Origin: Candidatus Latescibacterota bacterium
GTDB lineage: Bacteria; Latescibacterota; UBA2968; UBA8231
NCBI GenBank assembly: GCA_965242865.1
Contig: CBDETK010000013.1
Span: 1,312,001-1,376,000, forward strand
Reading direction: 5' to 3'
DNA: 64,000 nucleotides
The translations under genes were made by a program, and so were the position numbers. This document shows positions 28,627-38,500 of this stretch, piece after piece (the stretch's first letter is position 1; the number at the start of each line of letters is the position of its first letter). The notes under the pieces are model-generated. The model ran no database searches and was not told where the DNA came from. It saw only the letters and a list, made by a program, of their open reading frames with translations.

Positions 28627-29922
28627 TCAAAATACGGAGCGAAATGACCCAACGACGTCGAACTGTGGATTGATGACGTAGCGGCCCTGCCGGTCTATGA
28701 AACCCCACCTATCGCCGCTATATACCGCCACCACCGCCGCCAAGCCTTCCGAAAACGACTGAGCACCGTCGAATTGGGGCTCAACGACGTAGCGGCCTTG
28801 CCGGTCTATGAACCCATACTTGCCGACACCTGTCTCCCGATCGCCGATCCGTACCACCGCCAAGCCTTCCGAAAACGACTGAGCGTAGTCGAATTGTGGC
28901 TCAATGACATAAGTGCCCTGCGCGTCTATGAACCCCCACTGCCCTGTCCTCCAGTCGAGTGCCGTGGCCAAGCTCCGTACATCCGCCAAGCCTTCCCCCT
29001 CGTCGCCGATCTCTACACCCTCGCCAATCCCCATCGGCAGCCTCGTATCCAACGGATTAGAGGAATACACCCCAATCAGCCAAGCGTCCGTAATGTCGAT
29101 CGCGCCATCGCCGTTCACATCGCCGAGCGCAATAATGCCTCCATTGGGGAGCACGGTCGCGGGATTGGCAACGTACATGGCCACCAGCAGGGCGTCGAGC
29201 AAATCAACGTGGCCGCTGTTATCGACATCGCCCAAAATCCCCCGCTCCGTCTGCGCCGTCTTCCCGCTGCTCGCCAACCCCACCGGCTCAACCACCACTT
29301 CCACCGGCCCACCGCCCACCGCAAACGCCGCATCCACATAAGTCACCAAGCCCGTCCCTGAAACGACCAACCCATACACCGGAGCGTCCGCCGCCCCAGC
29401 CACCCGCACCGGCCCAGCCGCCGCACCCGCCGGCCCGTCCACCAGCACCATCCGCCGCGTCGTTGTCGCTCCTTCAGCCATCAGCCGATACACATACACC
29501 CCGGCGGCCACCCCATGCCCCGCCCCATCCCGCGCATCCCAACGCACCGCGTGGCCCCCCGCCGACTGCACCCCATCCACCAACGTCGCCACCCGCTGCC
29601 CCAACAGGTTGAACACCTCCAGCCGCACGTACCCATCCATCGCTAGCTTGTACGGAATCACGGTCCCCGGATTAAACGGATTCGGATAGTTCTGGCCCAG
29701 CCCAAACCCGTCCGGCAACGCCCCCAGCGCCAGCGCGAACCGCCCCGACGCATCCGCGGTCGCTCCGATCCACCGGCGCAAATCCGCCAAATCGAACAAC
29801 GCGACCTGCGCTCCGGCCGCCGGTTCCCCAGACGCCAGACGCACCTGCCCCTCAATCCCCGGCCCCGCGCTGGCCCCAACGCTCAACAGCAATCCAACGA
29901 ACCATGCGACGACGATCTGCAT
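28627..29922 (-). CDS. Secreted modular protein: FlgD/T9SS-CTD-like domain, dockerin-like domain, WG repeats
   Basis: Signal peptide; LGQNYPNPFNPGTVIPY...VFNLLGQRVATLVDG...WDARD...GVYVYRL; GDVDNSGHVDLLDA and GDVNGDGAIDITDA; WGFIDxxGxxVIxPQFDxAQSFSEGLA about 2.5 times. Confidence 0.85.
   Translation of the reverse strand: MQIVVAWFVGLLLSVGASAGPGIEGQVRLASGEPAAGAQVALFDLADLRRWIGATADASGRFALALGALPDGFGLGQNYPNPFNPGTVIPYKLAMDGYVRLEVFNLLGQRVATLVDGVQSAGGHAVRWDARDGAGHGVAAGVYVYRLMAEGATTTRRMVLVDGPAGAAAGPVRVAGAADAPVYGLVVSGTGLVTYVDAAFAVGGGPVEVVVEPVGLASSGKTAQTERGILGDVDNSGHVDLLDALLVAMYVANPATVLPNGGIIALGDVNGDGAIDITDAWLIGVYSSNPLDTRLPMGIGEGVEIGDEGEGLADVRSLATALDWRTGQWGFIDAQGTYVIEPQFDYAQSFSEGLAVVRIGDRETGVGKYGFIDRQGRYVVEPQFDGAQSFSEGLAAVVAVYSGDRWGFIDRQGRYVINPQFDVVGSFRSVF
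28640..28935 (-). repeat. Coding tandem repeat (WG repeats, ~114-120 bp period)
   Basis: ccgccaagccttccgaaaacgactgagc and gtctatgaa recur. Confidence 0.8.
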
Positions 29923-29940
29923 AGCGATTACTCCTTTTCC

Positions 29941-30160
29941 GTAAGGTACACGATAGTAACGGCCCGCCTTCCACGGATCGAGGGCATCTTGCCCTCGTCG
30001 AGGGCGGGACGCCCTCGATCCCGGACGCATCGGGAATATCAGAAAAGGCATACGCAAAGTAAGTGTCGCGTACTTAGCCTTTTCCGTTCAGGACGCGACA
30101 TGGCGGTTTTACTGCGTGTATTTCGCCCCGGTAGTCCTTCCGCGCAAGCGGGAATCCATT
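29941..30160 (+). repeat. Composite repeat: family 2 element (29941-30078) plus a D-like element (30089-30160)
   Basis: ggatcgagggcatcttgccctcgtcgagggcgggacgccctcgatcc, with flanks homologous to 44648-44752 and (inverted) 48637-48720; imperfect termini taaggtacacga / tcgcgtacttag. Confidence 0.8.
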
Positions 30161-31899
30161 CATATATAGTACTGAGCTTCCCCATCCCGAGACCCCGGGG
30201 AATGCGGCACATTGAGCGGACACCGCGCCTTGTAGTCGGGATGGAGCCGCGCCCACAGGTAATCGAGCGCGTGTTGATTCCAGCGAAAAAAGTGGTCGCG
30301 GCCAATTTGCTCCATCAGCCCCGACCGCTCTAGCGCGTCGGTAAGCTGCCGTTTGGCCCGCGTAAAGTACAGGTCCAGCCCCACTTCGCGCAGGCGTTCC
30401 ACCACGTCGCGCAGGGCCTGTTCGCCCGAAGCGTCGATCCGGTTGATCCCGTCTGCATCGAGAATCAAGTACCGCAGTTCGGGCACTGAAGCGATCGTTT
30501 CGAGCACCTTATCCGCAAAATAACGGCTCGACCCAAAGTAAAGCTGGCCGTCAAAGCGCATAATCGCGATCTGCTGGTCCGGCCTCAAGCCGGCGTCGCT
30601 GCCGCGCATCGTCCCGTCGAGGTGCCGGGCGAGAAACACCACGCGGGGCCGCATGGTGCGGTAGAAGTTGAGCACGAGCGAGGCTCCCACCCCGAGGGCA
30701 ACCCCCAAGTGCAGGTCTGGCGCCAAGACCAGCGTGCCGACAAACGTCGCGACTCCAATCAACCCATCCTGTGCTCTAACGCGCCAAGCGGTCACTAGGG
30801 GTTGGATGCGCACCAAGCCGCACACCGCAGCGATGATGACCACCGCGAGCGTCGCTTGGGGCAGATAGTACAACAGCGGCGTGAGCCAGAGCAGAGTTGC
30901 GGCGATGACCAGCGACGCCACGACCGAGGCAAACCCCGTCCGCGCCCCGCTCTGATGGTTGACGGCCGACCGCGAGAACGAACCCGAAGTCGCATAGCTT
31001 TGGAAAAGCCCGCCGACCACGTTGGCCAGACCTTGGCCGATGAGCTCCTGATTGATGTCGAGATGCTGCCGCGTCCGCGCCGCCAAGGTCTTGGCAATGG
31101 CCATGGCCTCCATCAAGCCGAGCAAGGTCAAGGTCAAGGCCCCCACGAAAAGCTGCGACAGGATCTCCGCGTCTAAGTCCGGTGCGGCAAGCCGCGGCAA
31201 GCCGCGTGGGATCGCGCCGACCACTGCGCCGCTAAAACCGGCCAGCCAAGAAACGAGCGTAGTGACCACCAGCGTCGTCAACATGCTCGGCAGCTCCCAG
31301 CGCACGCGGCGCAAAACCAGCAGCAGCCCGCCGGCCAACGCGGCCATCCCCAACGTAGGCCAATGGACCGCCAGCAGCACATCGTCAACCACGCGGAGCG
31401 CGGCCAGCAGATGTCCCCCCGGTTGGGGCGCGACCCCAAACACCTTGTGTAGCTGGGAAATGGCGATGATAAGGGCCGCGGCATTGGTAAAGCCGACGAC
31501 CACCGGGCCGGACAGCAGGTCGATCAGCAAGCCCAACCGCAACGCACCCAAGGCGATTCGGATCAAACCGACGAGCAAGCCCAAAACCAGCGAATAGGCG
31601 ATGTATAGCTCGCTGCCCTCAAGGGCGAGCCCCTGCACGGTCGTCGCGCTGATGAGCGAAGCGATGGCCACCGGGCCGGTGGACAAATGCCGGGAAGAGC
31701 CAAAGAGCGCGGCCACGGCCGGCGGCAGAAAGGCCGCGTACAGCCCATAGACCGGCGGCAACCCGGCCAACTCGGCATAGGCCATGGCTTGGGGCACGAG
31801 GATCGTCGCCACGGTGAGGCCGGCGACCACATCGGCGCGCAGGATGCCCGGCTGGCCGAGTTCGGGCAGCCAGCGGATAAATGGCAAGAATCGCTTCAT
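30160..31899 (-). CDS. SulP family anion transporter with STAS domain
   Basis: DVVAGLTVATILVPQAMAYAELAGLPPVYGLY, NQELIGQG, GSFSRSA, RFDGQLYF, IDASG. Confidence 0.95.
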   Translation of the reverse strand: MKRFLPFIRWLPELGQPGILRADVVAGLTVATILVPQAMAYAELAGLPPVYGLYAAFLPPAVAALFGSSRHLSTGPVAIASLISATTVQGLALEGSELYIAYSLVLGLLVGLIRIALGALRLGLLIDLLSGPVVVGFTNAAALIIAISQLHKVFGVAPQPGGHLLAALRVVDDVLLAVHWPTLGMAALAGGLLLVLRRVRWELPSMLTTLVVTTLVSWLAGFSGAVVGAIPRGLPRLAAPDLDAEILSQLFVGALTLTLLGLMEAMAIAKTLAARTRQHLDINQELIGQGLANVVGGLFQSYATSGSFSRSAVNHQSGARTGFASVVASLVIAATLLWLTPLLYYLPQATLAVVIIAAVCGLVRIQPLVTAWRVRAQDGLIGVATFVGTLVLAPDLHLGVALGVGASLVLNFYRTMRPRVVFLARHLDGTMRGSDAGLRPDQQIAIMRFDGQLYFGSSRYFADKVLETIASVPELRYLILDADGINRIDASGEQALRDVVERLREVGLDLYFTRAKRQLTDALERSGLMEQIGRDHFFRWNQHALDYLWARLHPDYKARCPLNVPHSPGSRDGEAQYYI

Positions 31900-31917
31900 C
31901 GGTTTGGTAGGGGCCGG

Positions 31918-31947
31918 TTGACAGCTAGTCGGCGGCCAGTGTACACT
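31918..31947 (+). promoter_or_regulatory. Putative sigma70 promoter
   Basis: TTGACA-N18-TACACT upstream of ATG 31982. Confidence 0.5.
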
Positions 31948-31981
31948 TAGCGCGTTATCACTTCAACAGGGGGAGGGCCGC

Positions 31982-32782
31982 ATGGACCCACACGAGCAGC
32001 AAGCCTTTTTCGATCAGCAGGGCTACTTAATTGTCCCCGACCTGCTCAACAGCCGCGAAGTCGCCGAATGCCAGCGCGAGGTCCTGCGCCTCCACCAACT
32101 AGCCGCCGATCTAGAGGCCAGCCAAGACCCACTCAGCAACCACTTTCAGCGCGAGCCTTTTTCTAACGACCCAAACCACAACGGCCTGCCCGTCCTCCGC
32201 AAAATCGAGAACACCCGCGCCCTGTCGCCGTGCTTTACCCAGCTCGCGGCCCATCCCCGCCTCGTCGCCATCGTGCAATCGCTCCTCGGGGACGACTTGC
32301 TCCTCTTCCGCAGCACCCTCATGCTCAAGCCCGCCTTCCACGGCTCGGCCCACGCCCTGCACCAAGACTCGGCCTATTGGCCTATGGAGCCGCCCGCGCT
32401 CGTAACAGCGAGCATCGCCCTCAACGACGCCACCCCGGACAACGGCTGCATCAAGGTCATTCCCGGCAGCCACCATTGGGGCTTGCAGGAATGGGGCCGC
32501 ATTGCCCAACAGCAAGGGGCGCCGCTGACCGACCGCCAAGACCTCGACGGCTCGCGCCCGCTCGACGTGCCGCTCGCCGCCGGGGCCGCCGTGCTATTCC
32601 ACAGCTTGATGGTCCACGGTTCCGGCCCCAACCAGACCGCTCGCCCGCGCAACACCGCGCTCTACGCCTATTTCTCGCCGCACGTGCGCTACGTGCCCGG
32701 GGCCAAGGGGCCGCCATCGAAGTCCTTCCCGGTCATCGCGGGCCTCAATGGCGCAGCCGAACACGTGCTGGTCGCCTCCTGA
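31982..32782 (+). CDS. Phytanoyl-CoA dioxygenase (PhyH) family protein
   Basis: HQDSAYW, NGCIKVIPGSH, HGSGPN..R. Confidence 0.9.
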   Translation: MDPHEQQAFFDQQGYLIVPDLLNSREVAECQREVLRLHQLAADLEASQDPLSNHFQREPFSNDPNHNGLPVLRKIENTRALSPCFTQLAAHPRLVAIVQSLLGDDLLLFRSTLMLKPAFHGSAHALHQDSAYWPMEPPALVTASIALNDATPDNGCIKVIPGSHHWGLQEWGRIAQQQGAPLTDRQDLDGSRPLDVPLAAGAAVLFHSLMVHGSGPNQTARPRNTALYAYFSPHVRYVPGAKGPPSKSFPVIAGLNGAAEHVLVAS

Positions 32783-32857
32783 GATAATCCTCTAAAAAAA
32801 GAGATCTACCTCCAAGGGCCAAAATCTTGGGGCGGGTGGTAGCAACGCGGCGTACAT

Positions 32858-32895
32858 AAAAAAGCCGACGCCCGCAGTGCGGACACCGGCCTTTT
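32858..32895 (-). terminator. Intrinsic terminator downstream of infC
   Basis: Minus strand: ggccggtgtccgcactgcgggcgtcggc-tttttt. Confidence 0.7.
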
Positions 32896-32913
32896 GCACG
32901 GCTCGTGCTAGCC

Positions 32914-33435
32914 TCAGTGGGGCCTGAGAATGAGCGACATTTCGCGGCCTTCCATCTTGGGCCTCTGGTCGACGACCGCCACATCTTCGAGCTTATCGGC
33001 CAGCTCTTGCAGCAGATGGTATCCCCGTTCCTGATAGGCCATCTGCCGTCCTTTGAAGCGGACGCTGACTTTGACCCGGTTCCCCTTTTCGATAAACGTG
33101 CGGATGTGGCCCATCCGGTATTCGAGATCGTGTTCGGAGATATTGGCACCGGCGATGCGGATGCCCTTCATCTGCACGTTTTGCTGCTTCTTGCGCGCTT
33201 CTTTGGCCTTTTTTTCTTGGTCGTAGCGGTGTTTGCCGTAGTCGATGATCCGGCAGACCGGGGGGCGCGCTTCGGCGGCCACTTCTACTAGGTCGAGATT
33301 GGCTTCCTCCGCCATGGCCAAGGCACGGGCCGTTTCGATGATCCCCACCTGCCCCCCATCAGACCCAATGAGCCGGATTTGGGGTACGCGAATATCATCG
33401 TTTACTCTCGTAAAACTCTTTTTCTTTGCTGCGAT
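32914..33435 (-). CDS. infC: Translation initiation factor IF-3, non-canonical ATC start
   Basis: (I)AAKKKSFTRVNDDIRVPQIRLIGSDGGQVGI...LDLVEVA...PPVCRIIDYGK...GNRVKVSVRFKGR; GGAGG lies 8 nt upstream of ATC at 33435. Confidence 0.93.
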   Translation of the reverse strand: MAAKKKSFTRVNDDIRVPQIRLIGSDGGQVGIIETARALAMAEEANLDLVEVAAEARPPVCRIIDYGKHRYDQEKKAKEARKKQQNVQMKGIRIAGANISEHDLEYRMGHIRTFIEKGNRVKVSVRFKGRQMAYQERGYHLLQELADKLEDVAVVDQRPKMEGREMSLILRPH

Positions 33436-33594
33436 TGCATCAACCTCCGTAAAGGGTGGAAAGCGCGGGCGTTTCCCGCAGAGATTTTAATATATTCTCA
33501 GTGCGAATTAAAACAAGCAAAGATTTGCTCCCGCCCGCTTTGGCAGCCGCGAGCGAATAGCTTACTTTGCCTATTTTCGCTCTAAGGAAAACCC

Positions 33595-34596
33595 ATGACT
33601 CGCACGTATGATGTCTATGGCGTCGGCCACGCCCTCGTGGACATCCAATACCAAGTCGCCCCCGAGTTCCTCGCCGAATACCAAATCGAAAAGGGGGTTA
33701 TGACCCTCGTGGATGAGGCGCGGCAACGCACCCTCACGGCCGCCGTAGGCCGCGCGCCGGTCGCGGCGACTTCGGGCGGCTCGGCCGCCAATACCCTCAT
33801 CGGCGTGGCCTGCTATGGCGGCCGAACCTATTACGCCTGCCTGACGGGCCGCGACGATTGGGGCGACTTCTACCAGCGCGATCTCAAAGCGGCCGGCGTG
33901 GCCACGCATTCGGCCAACCGCGGGGTGGGCAAAACCGGCCAGTGCTTGGTCTTTATCACGCCAGACGCGGACCGCACCCTCAACACCTTCTTGGGCATCA
34001 GCAGCACCCTCGGCCCGGCCCAGCTCCAAGAGGAGGTCATCGCCGACAGCCAATACCTTTATATAGAAGGGTATCTCCTCGGCTCGGACGACGGCTTTGC
34101 CGCAGCGGCCCGAGCGCAGCAACTAGCCCAACGGCACGGCACGACCGTCGCCCTGACCCTGAGCGATCCCTTGGCCGTCCGGGCCTTTCGGGCGCGCTTT
34201 GACGCGCTCTTGCACCGCGGCGTCGATCTGCTCTTTTGCAATGCGGAAGAAGCACTTGCCAGCACCGGCCTCAGCGACCGCGAGGCCGCTGGCGCGGCCT
34301 TAGCTTCCCAAGTCGGCACGGCTTATGTAACGTGCGGGGCTGACGGCGCCTTAGTGTACGCCGACCACACCCCCTGCCAAGTGCTCGGCGTCCCGGTGCA
34401 AGCCATCGACACCAACGGTGCCGGCGATCTTTTTGCCGGGGGCGTGCTCTACGGGTTGTCCTACGGGTACAGCCCTTTAGACGCGGCGCGGCTGGGTTGC
34501 TATGCGGCCGCACAAGTAGTAACCCGCTTCGGGCCGCGCCTAGAACAATCACTCGCAGATCGCATCGATCCCATCCTATCCCATTTCTCAACCTAG
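33595..34596 (+). CDS. Adenosine kinase-like PfkB carbohydrate kinase
   Basis: GHALVD, KGVMTLVD, SGGSAANT, YIEGYL, DTNGAGDLFAGG. Confidence 0.88.
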   Translation: MTRTYDVYGVGHALVDIQYQVAPEFLAEYQIEKGVMTLVDEARQRTLTAAVGRAPVAATSGGSAANTLIGVACYGGRTYYACLTGRDDWGDFYQRDLKAAGVATHSANRGVGKTGQCLVFITPDADRTLNTFLGISSTLGPAQLQEEVIADSQYLYIEGYLLGSDDGFAAAARAQQLAQRHGTTVALTLSDPLAVRAFRARFDALLHRGVDLLFCNAEEALASTGLSDREAAGAALASQVGTAYVTCGADGALVYADHTPCQVLGVPVQAIDTNGAGDLFAGGVLYGLSYGYSPLDAARLGCYAAAQVVTRFGPRLEQSLADRIDPILSHFST

Positions 34597-34609
34597 CTTG
34601 GAGGTCCCC

Positions 34610-35566
34610 GTGAAAATCCTAGTCCACTATCCATTCACCGACGAACAGCACGACCGCCTGCGCCAGCTAGCGTGCGAAAACGGCGGGCACGAAGTCTTTG
34701 TGGTCCGCAGCGATCAAGAAGCCATGGCCGTAGCCGACACAATCGACATCATCGTCGGCCACTTCTCGCCTGCGGTCTGCGCCGCGGCCCCCAACCTGCG
34801 CTGGGTCCAGTCCTTCAGCACCGGCATGGACAAATTTCTCTTCCCCGAAATCATCGCCCGCGACGAAGTGGCCATTTCCAACGTCGCCGGGCTGTACGCC
34901 CCTCAAGGCGGCGAACACGCTTGGGCCTTACTCCTCGCCCTGACCCGGGGCATTGATCGGTCGATTCGCCACAACGATCAGCGCAAGTGGGCTGGCGGCG
35001 CTACCGTCGAGCTCACCGGGCAGACCTTGGGCTTGGTGGGCTTGGGGGGGTTTGGGATTGAAATGGCGAAGCGAGCCGCTGGCTACGACATGCCGATCAT
35101 CGCCATTGATCCGGTGCGCCGCGACCGGCCGCCGGGCGTTTGCGAGCTCAAAGACAACACCCGCGAAAACCTGCACAGCCTCCTCGGGCGCGCCGACGTG
35201 GTAATGATGGCCTGTCCGCTCACCGCGGAGACCTACCACCTCATTGGGCGCGAGGAACTAGCGCTGATGAAGCAGAGTGCCTATCTGATCAACGTGACGC
35301 GGGGCGGCATCATCGACGAGGCCGCGCTCTGCGCGGCCCTGCACCAAGAGCAGATCGCCGGCGCCGGTATCGACGTCACCGAGATCGAGCCGCTTCCCGC
35401 AGAATCTCCGCTGTGGGACGCCCCCAACATCATCCTCACCCCGCATCGCGCCGGTTCCTCCCAGCACCGGCCGCGCAAAATCTACGAGTTCTTCTGCGTC
35501 CAGTTAGTGCGCTACCTCAAGGGCGAGCCAGTGCTCAATATCATCGACAAGAAGAAGGGATACTAG
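34610..35566 (+). CDS. D-2-hydroxyacid dehydrogenase
   Basis: GLVGLGGFG, LINVTRG, DVTEIEPLP, TPHRAG; GTG start after GGAGG. Confidence 0.9.
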   Translation: MKILVHYPFTDEQHDRLRQLACENGGHEVFVVRSDQEAMAVADTIDIIVGHFSPAVCAAAPNLRWVQSFSTGMDKFLFPEIIARDEVAISNVAGLYAPQGGEHAWALLLALTRGIDRSIRHNDQRKWAGGATVELTGQTLGLVGLGGFGIEMAKRAAGYDMPIIAIDPVRRDRPPGVCELKDNTRENLHSLLGRADVVMMACPLTAETYHLIGREELALMKQSAYLINVTRGGIIDEAALCAALHQEQIAGAGIDVTEIEPLPAESPLWDAPNIILTPHRAGSSQHRPRKIYEFFCVQLVRYLKGEPVLNIIDKKKGY

Positions 35567-35582
35567 GGCGTAAATCAATGCA

Positions 35583-38500
35583 ATGAAACAGGAATACGAT
35601 TTTTCCAAAGCCGTGAGCGGGAAATTTTTCCGCGAGGGGGCAGAGCAACAACTGCCAGTCTGCTCTGATAGGAGTTCCCAAGCGGAATTTGCCCAAGGCC
35701 AAATCGTATGCTTGGCTTCCGACCCGTCCATCCAGGGGGCCATCGTCGAAGTGTTGCCCGGAACCCCCGAAGACCGCATCAAGGTTTTTGTCGATGGCAG
35801 TATTCGGACCTATTACGCATCTCAGTTGCGGGCCGATGCTCAGAGTGATGGCGTCTCGTTTCTTTCGCCCGATCCGTTTCACGCCTACTTAACTGCCCTG
35901 CAAATCCGCCATCCTAGCCTATCGACCTTGTATTCGCTCAATGCGGCGCGGGTTGACTTCATCCCCTACCAGTTTCGCCCGGTACTGAAATTCATCCGCT
36001 CGGACCGTCCGCGGCTGCTGATCGCCGATGGCGTCGGCGTCGGCAAAACCATTGAAGCTGGCCTGATTCTGCGAGAATTGCAGGCGCGGCGAGAAATTCA
36101 ATCCGTTCTCATTGTCTGTCCTCGCCCCCTAGTGACCGAGCGCAAGTGGGAAAAGGAAATGAGGCGGTTTGACCAACAGTTTACCCATCTCGACGGACGC
36201 ACCCTGCGATACTGTATCAGCGAGATGGATTTAGAAGGCGCGTGGCCCGAGCAACACCAGAAGGCGATCATGCCCTATTCGCTGTTTAACGAGGTCTTGC
36301 TTTATGGTCCCGCGGGCAACCGCGGAAAAGGACTTTTGGACCTCGACCCACCGCCGCGCTTCGATCTCGTGATCGTCGATGAAGCCCACCACATCCGCAA
36401 CCAGCACACCTACGCGCACAAGGCGGTGCGGTTTTTCTGCGACCACGCGGAAGCAGCGGTCTTTCTCACGGCCACCCCGATCCAACTCGGCGACCACGAT
36501 CTGTTTGTGCTGCTCAATGCGCTACGGCCCGACTTCGTTTTGGACGAGGAAAGTTTCCACCATATCGCGGCCCCCAATCCGTTTATCAACGAGGCGGTCC
36601 ATCATGTGCGGACCCAAGTATCGGGTTGGACCGCGCGGGCAGTTCAAGCTCTCGACCAAGCCGCCGCAACTCCTTGGGGACAGACCATGCTCAGGGCCAA
36701 TCCTGAGTTTAACCGGATTAAAAATCAGCTTGCCGAAGATCGCATCGGCACCAACGACCGAGTCCGCCTCATCACCGCCCTAGAGACCTTGCACACCTTT
36801 TCCGGGATCATAAACCGGACGCGCCGGCGCGACATCGGCTCGTTCACCATTAGAAAACCTGAAACGGTCCATGTCCCATTCACCGCCCCACAGCAACAGC
36901 TTCACGACGCATTGCTCCGAGTCCAAGCGGACATATTCAGCCGCCTGCACAGCGACATCAACGTCAAATTCATGATGACCACGATCCGACGCCAAGCAGC
37001 GAGTTGCCTGTATGGACTAGCCCCTTTCCTCGAGCACATCCTGCAACGGCATCTCGATGAATTGGAATGGGAAGAAGCCGATGATATAGGGCCGGGGCCA
37101 GCAGACAAGGCCATCGACTTAATCCAAAAGCAAATTCAAACTATCCTTGAAAAGGCACGCAGTCTTGATCCCCGCGACCCAAAGCTCGAAGCCCTACGCA
37201 AAATCATCCGCGACAAGCAACGCCTACCTAATAACAAGGTGATGCTGTTCAGCAGCTTCCGGCACACCCTTTCCTATCTATACGAACATCTCAGGGCCGA
37301 CGGCGTCCGCGTCGGCATGGTGCATGGAGGGACGCCGGACGAAGAACGCGTTGCGCTCAGGAGCCGCTTTGAGCAGCCGCGAGAGGTCGGCGACACGCTC
37401 GACGTGTTGCTGTTCTCGGAAATCGGTTGCGAGGGACTGGACTACCAGTTCTGCGACTGCATCGTCAACTACGACTTGCCGTGGAATCCCATGCGCGTTG
37501 AGCAACGGATTGGCCGCATTGACCGCAACGGCCAGCAGAGCGAGGCCGTCGCCATTGTCAACCTAATCACGCCGGGCACGGTTGATGCGGACATCTACGA
37601 ACGCTGTCTCGTGCGCATCGGGGTATTCAAGAACGCTTTGGGCGGCGGCGAGGAAATTCTGGGGGAAATCTCCAAGGCGATCAAAAACATCGCCGAGAAC
37701 TATGCTCTGAGCGAAGCGGAACGAAGGATCAAGTTACAACAGTTGGCGGACAACAAAATCCGGTTGGTACAAGAACAGGAAAGGCTTGAACAGCAGCAGA
37801 TGGAGCTTTTTGGCATCCGGCTGCCCGAAGACCAGCTAAAGGAGGAAATTGAAGAGGCCTCCAGTTTTTGGCTGTCCCCGACCTCCCTGCAAAGGCTCGT
37901 CGCAATTTATCTGAACGATACATGCGGCGAGGAACGGGAATTCATCCTCGGCGAAAAAGCCCTGAAAACGCTCCGCCTTTCGCAGGAGGCGCGCACTGCC
38001 CTGTTGCGCGATTTCCAGCAACTCCCCAGACGAACCACGCCCGACTATCGGGCATGGGAAAAGTGGCTGAAGGGCGGCGAGCCTCATTTCTCCATAACCT
38101 TCGAGGCGGTCTGTGCAACGCACCATCCCAACGCTGCGTTCATCACGCCGGTCCATCCTTTAGTGAAGCAAGCGGCCCGATCACTAGAGACCGGGCAACG
38201 AATTTTTACCGCGCTGAAGATACAGAGCGGTGCGGCCCCTGCGGGTCGCTATGAATTTGCCGTGTATCAATGGCGGTTCCACGGCATTCGGGAAGACTGG
38301 GTGCTCAAGCCGATAGCCTCGTCCGCGGCTGTGACGCCGCACTTAGGACGCCTGCTCGAGAACGCGGTGGATGCTTCGGCTGCAGATCCAGTGGATAGCG
38401 ATTCTCCAGTATGGGATGCCCTCGACGCGCAGCACCATACCTTGTGGTCGCAAGCGAAGGAAGAGCATCGCCAACGGACGCGAGAGCTCGCCGAATATCG

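Noticed and set aside
28640-28935. CRISPR-like periodic repeats
   Set aside because: In-frame coding WG repeats with conserved intervening sequence; no cas genes.
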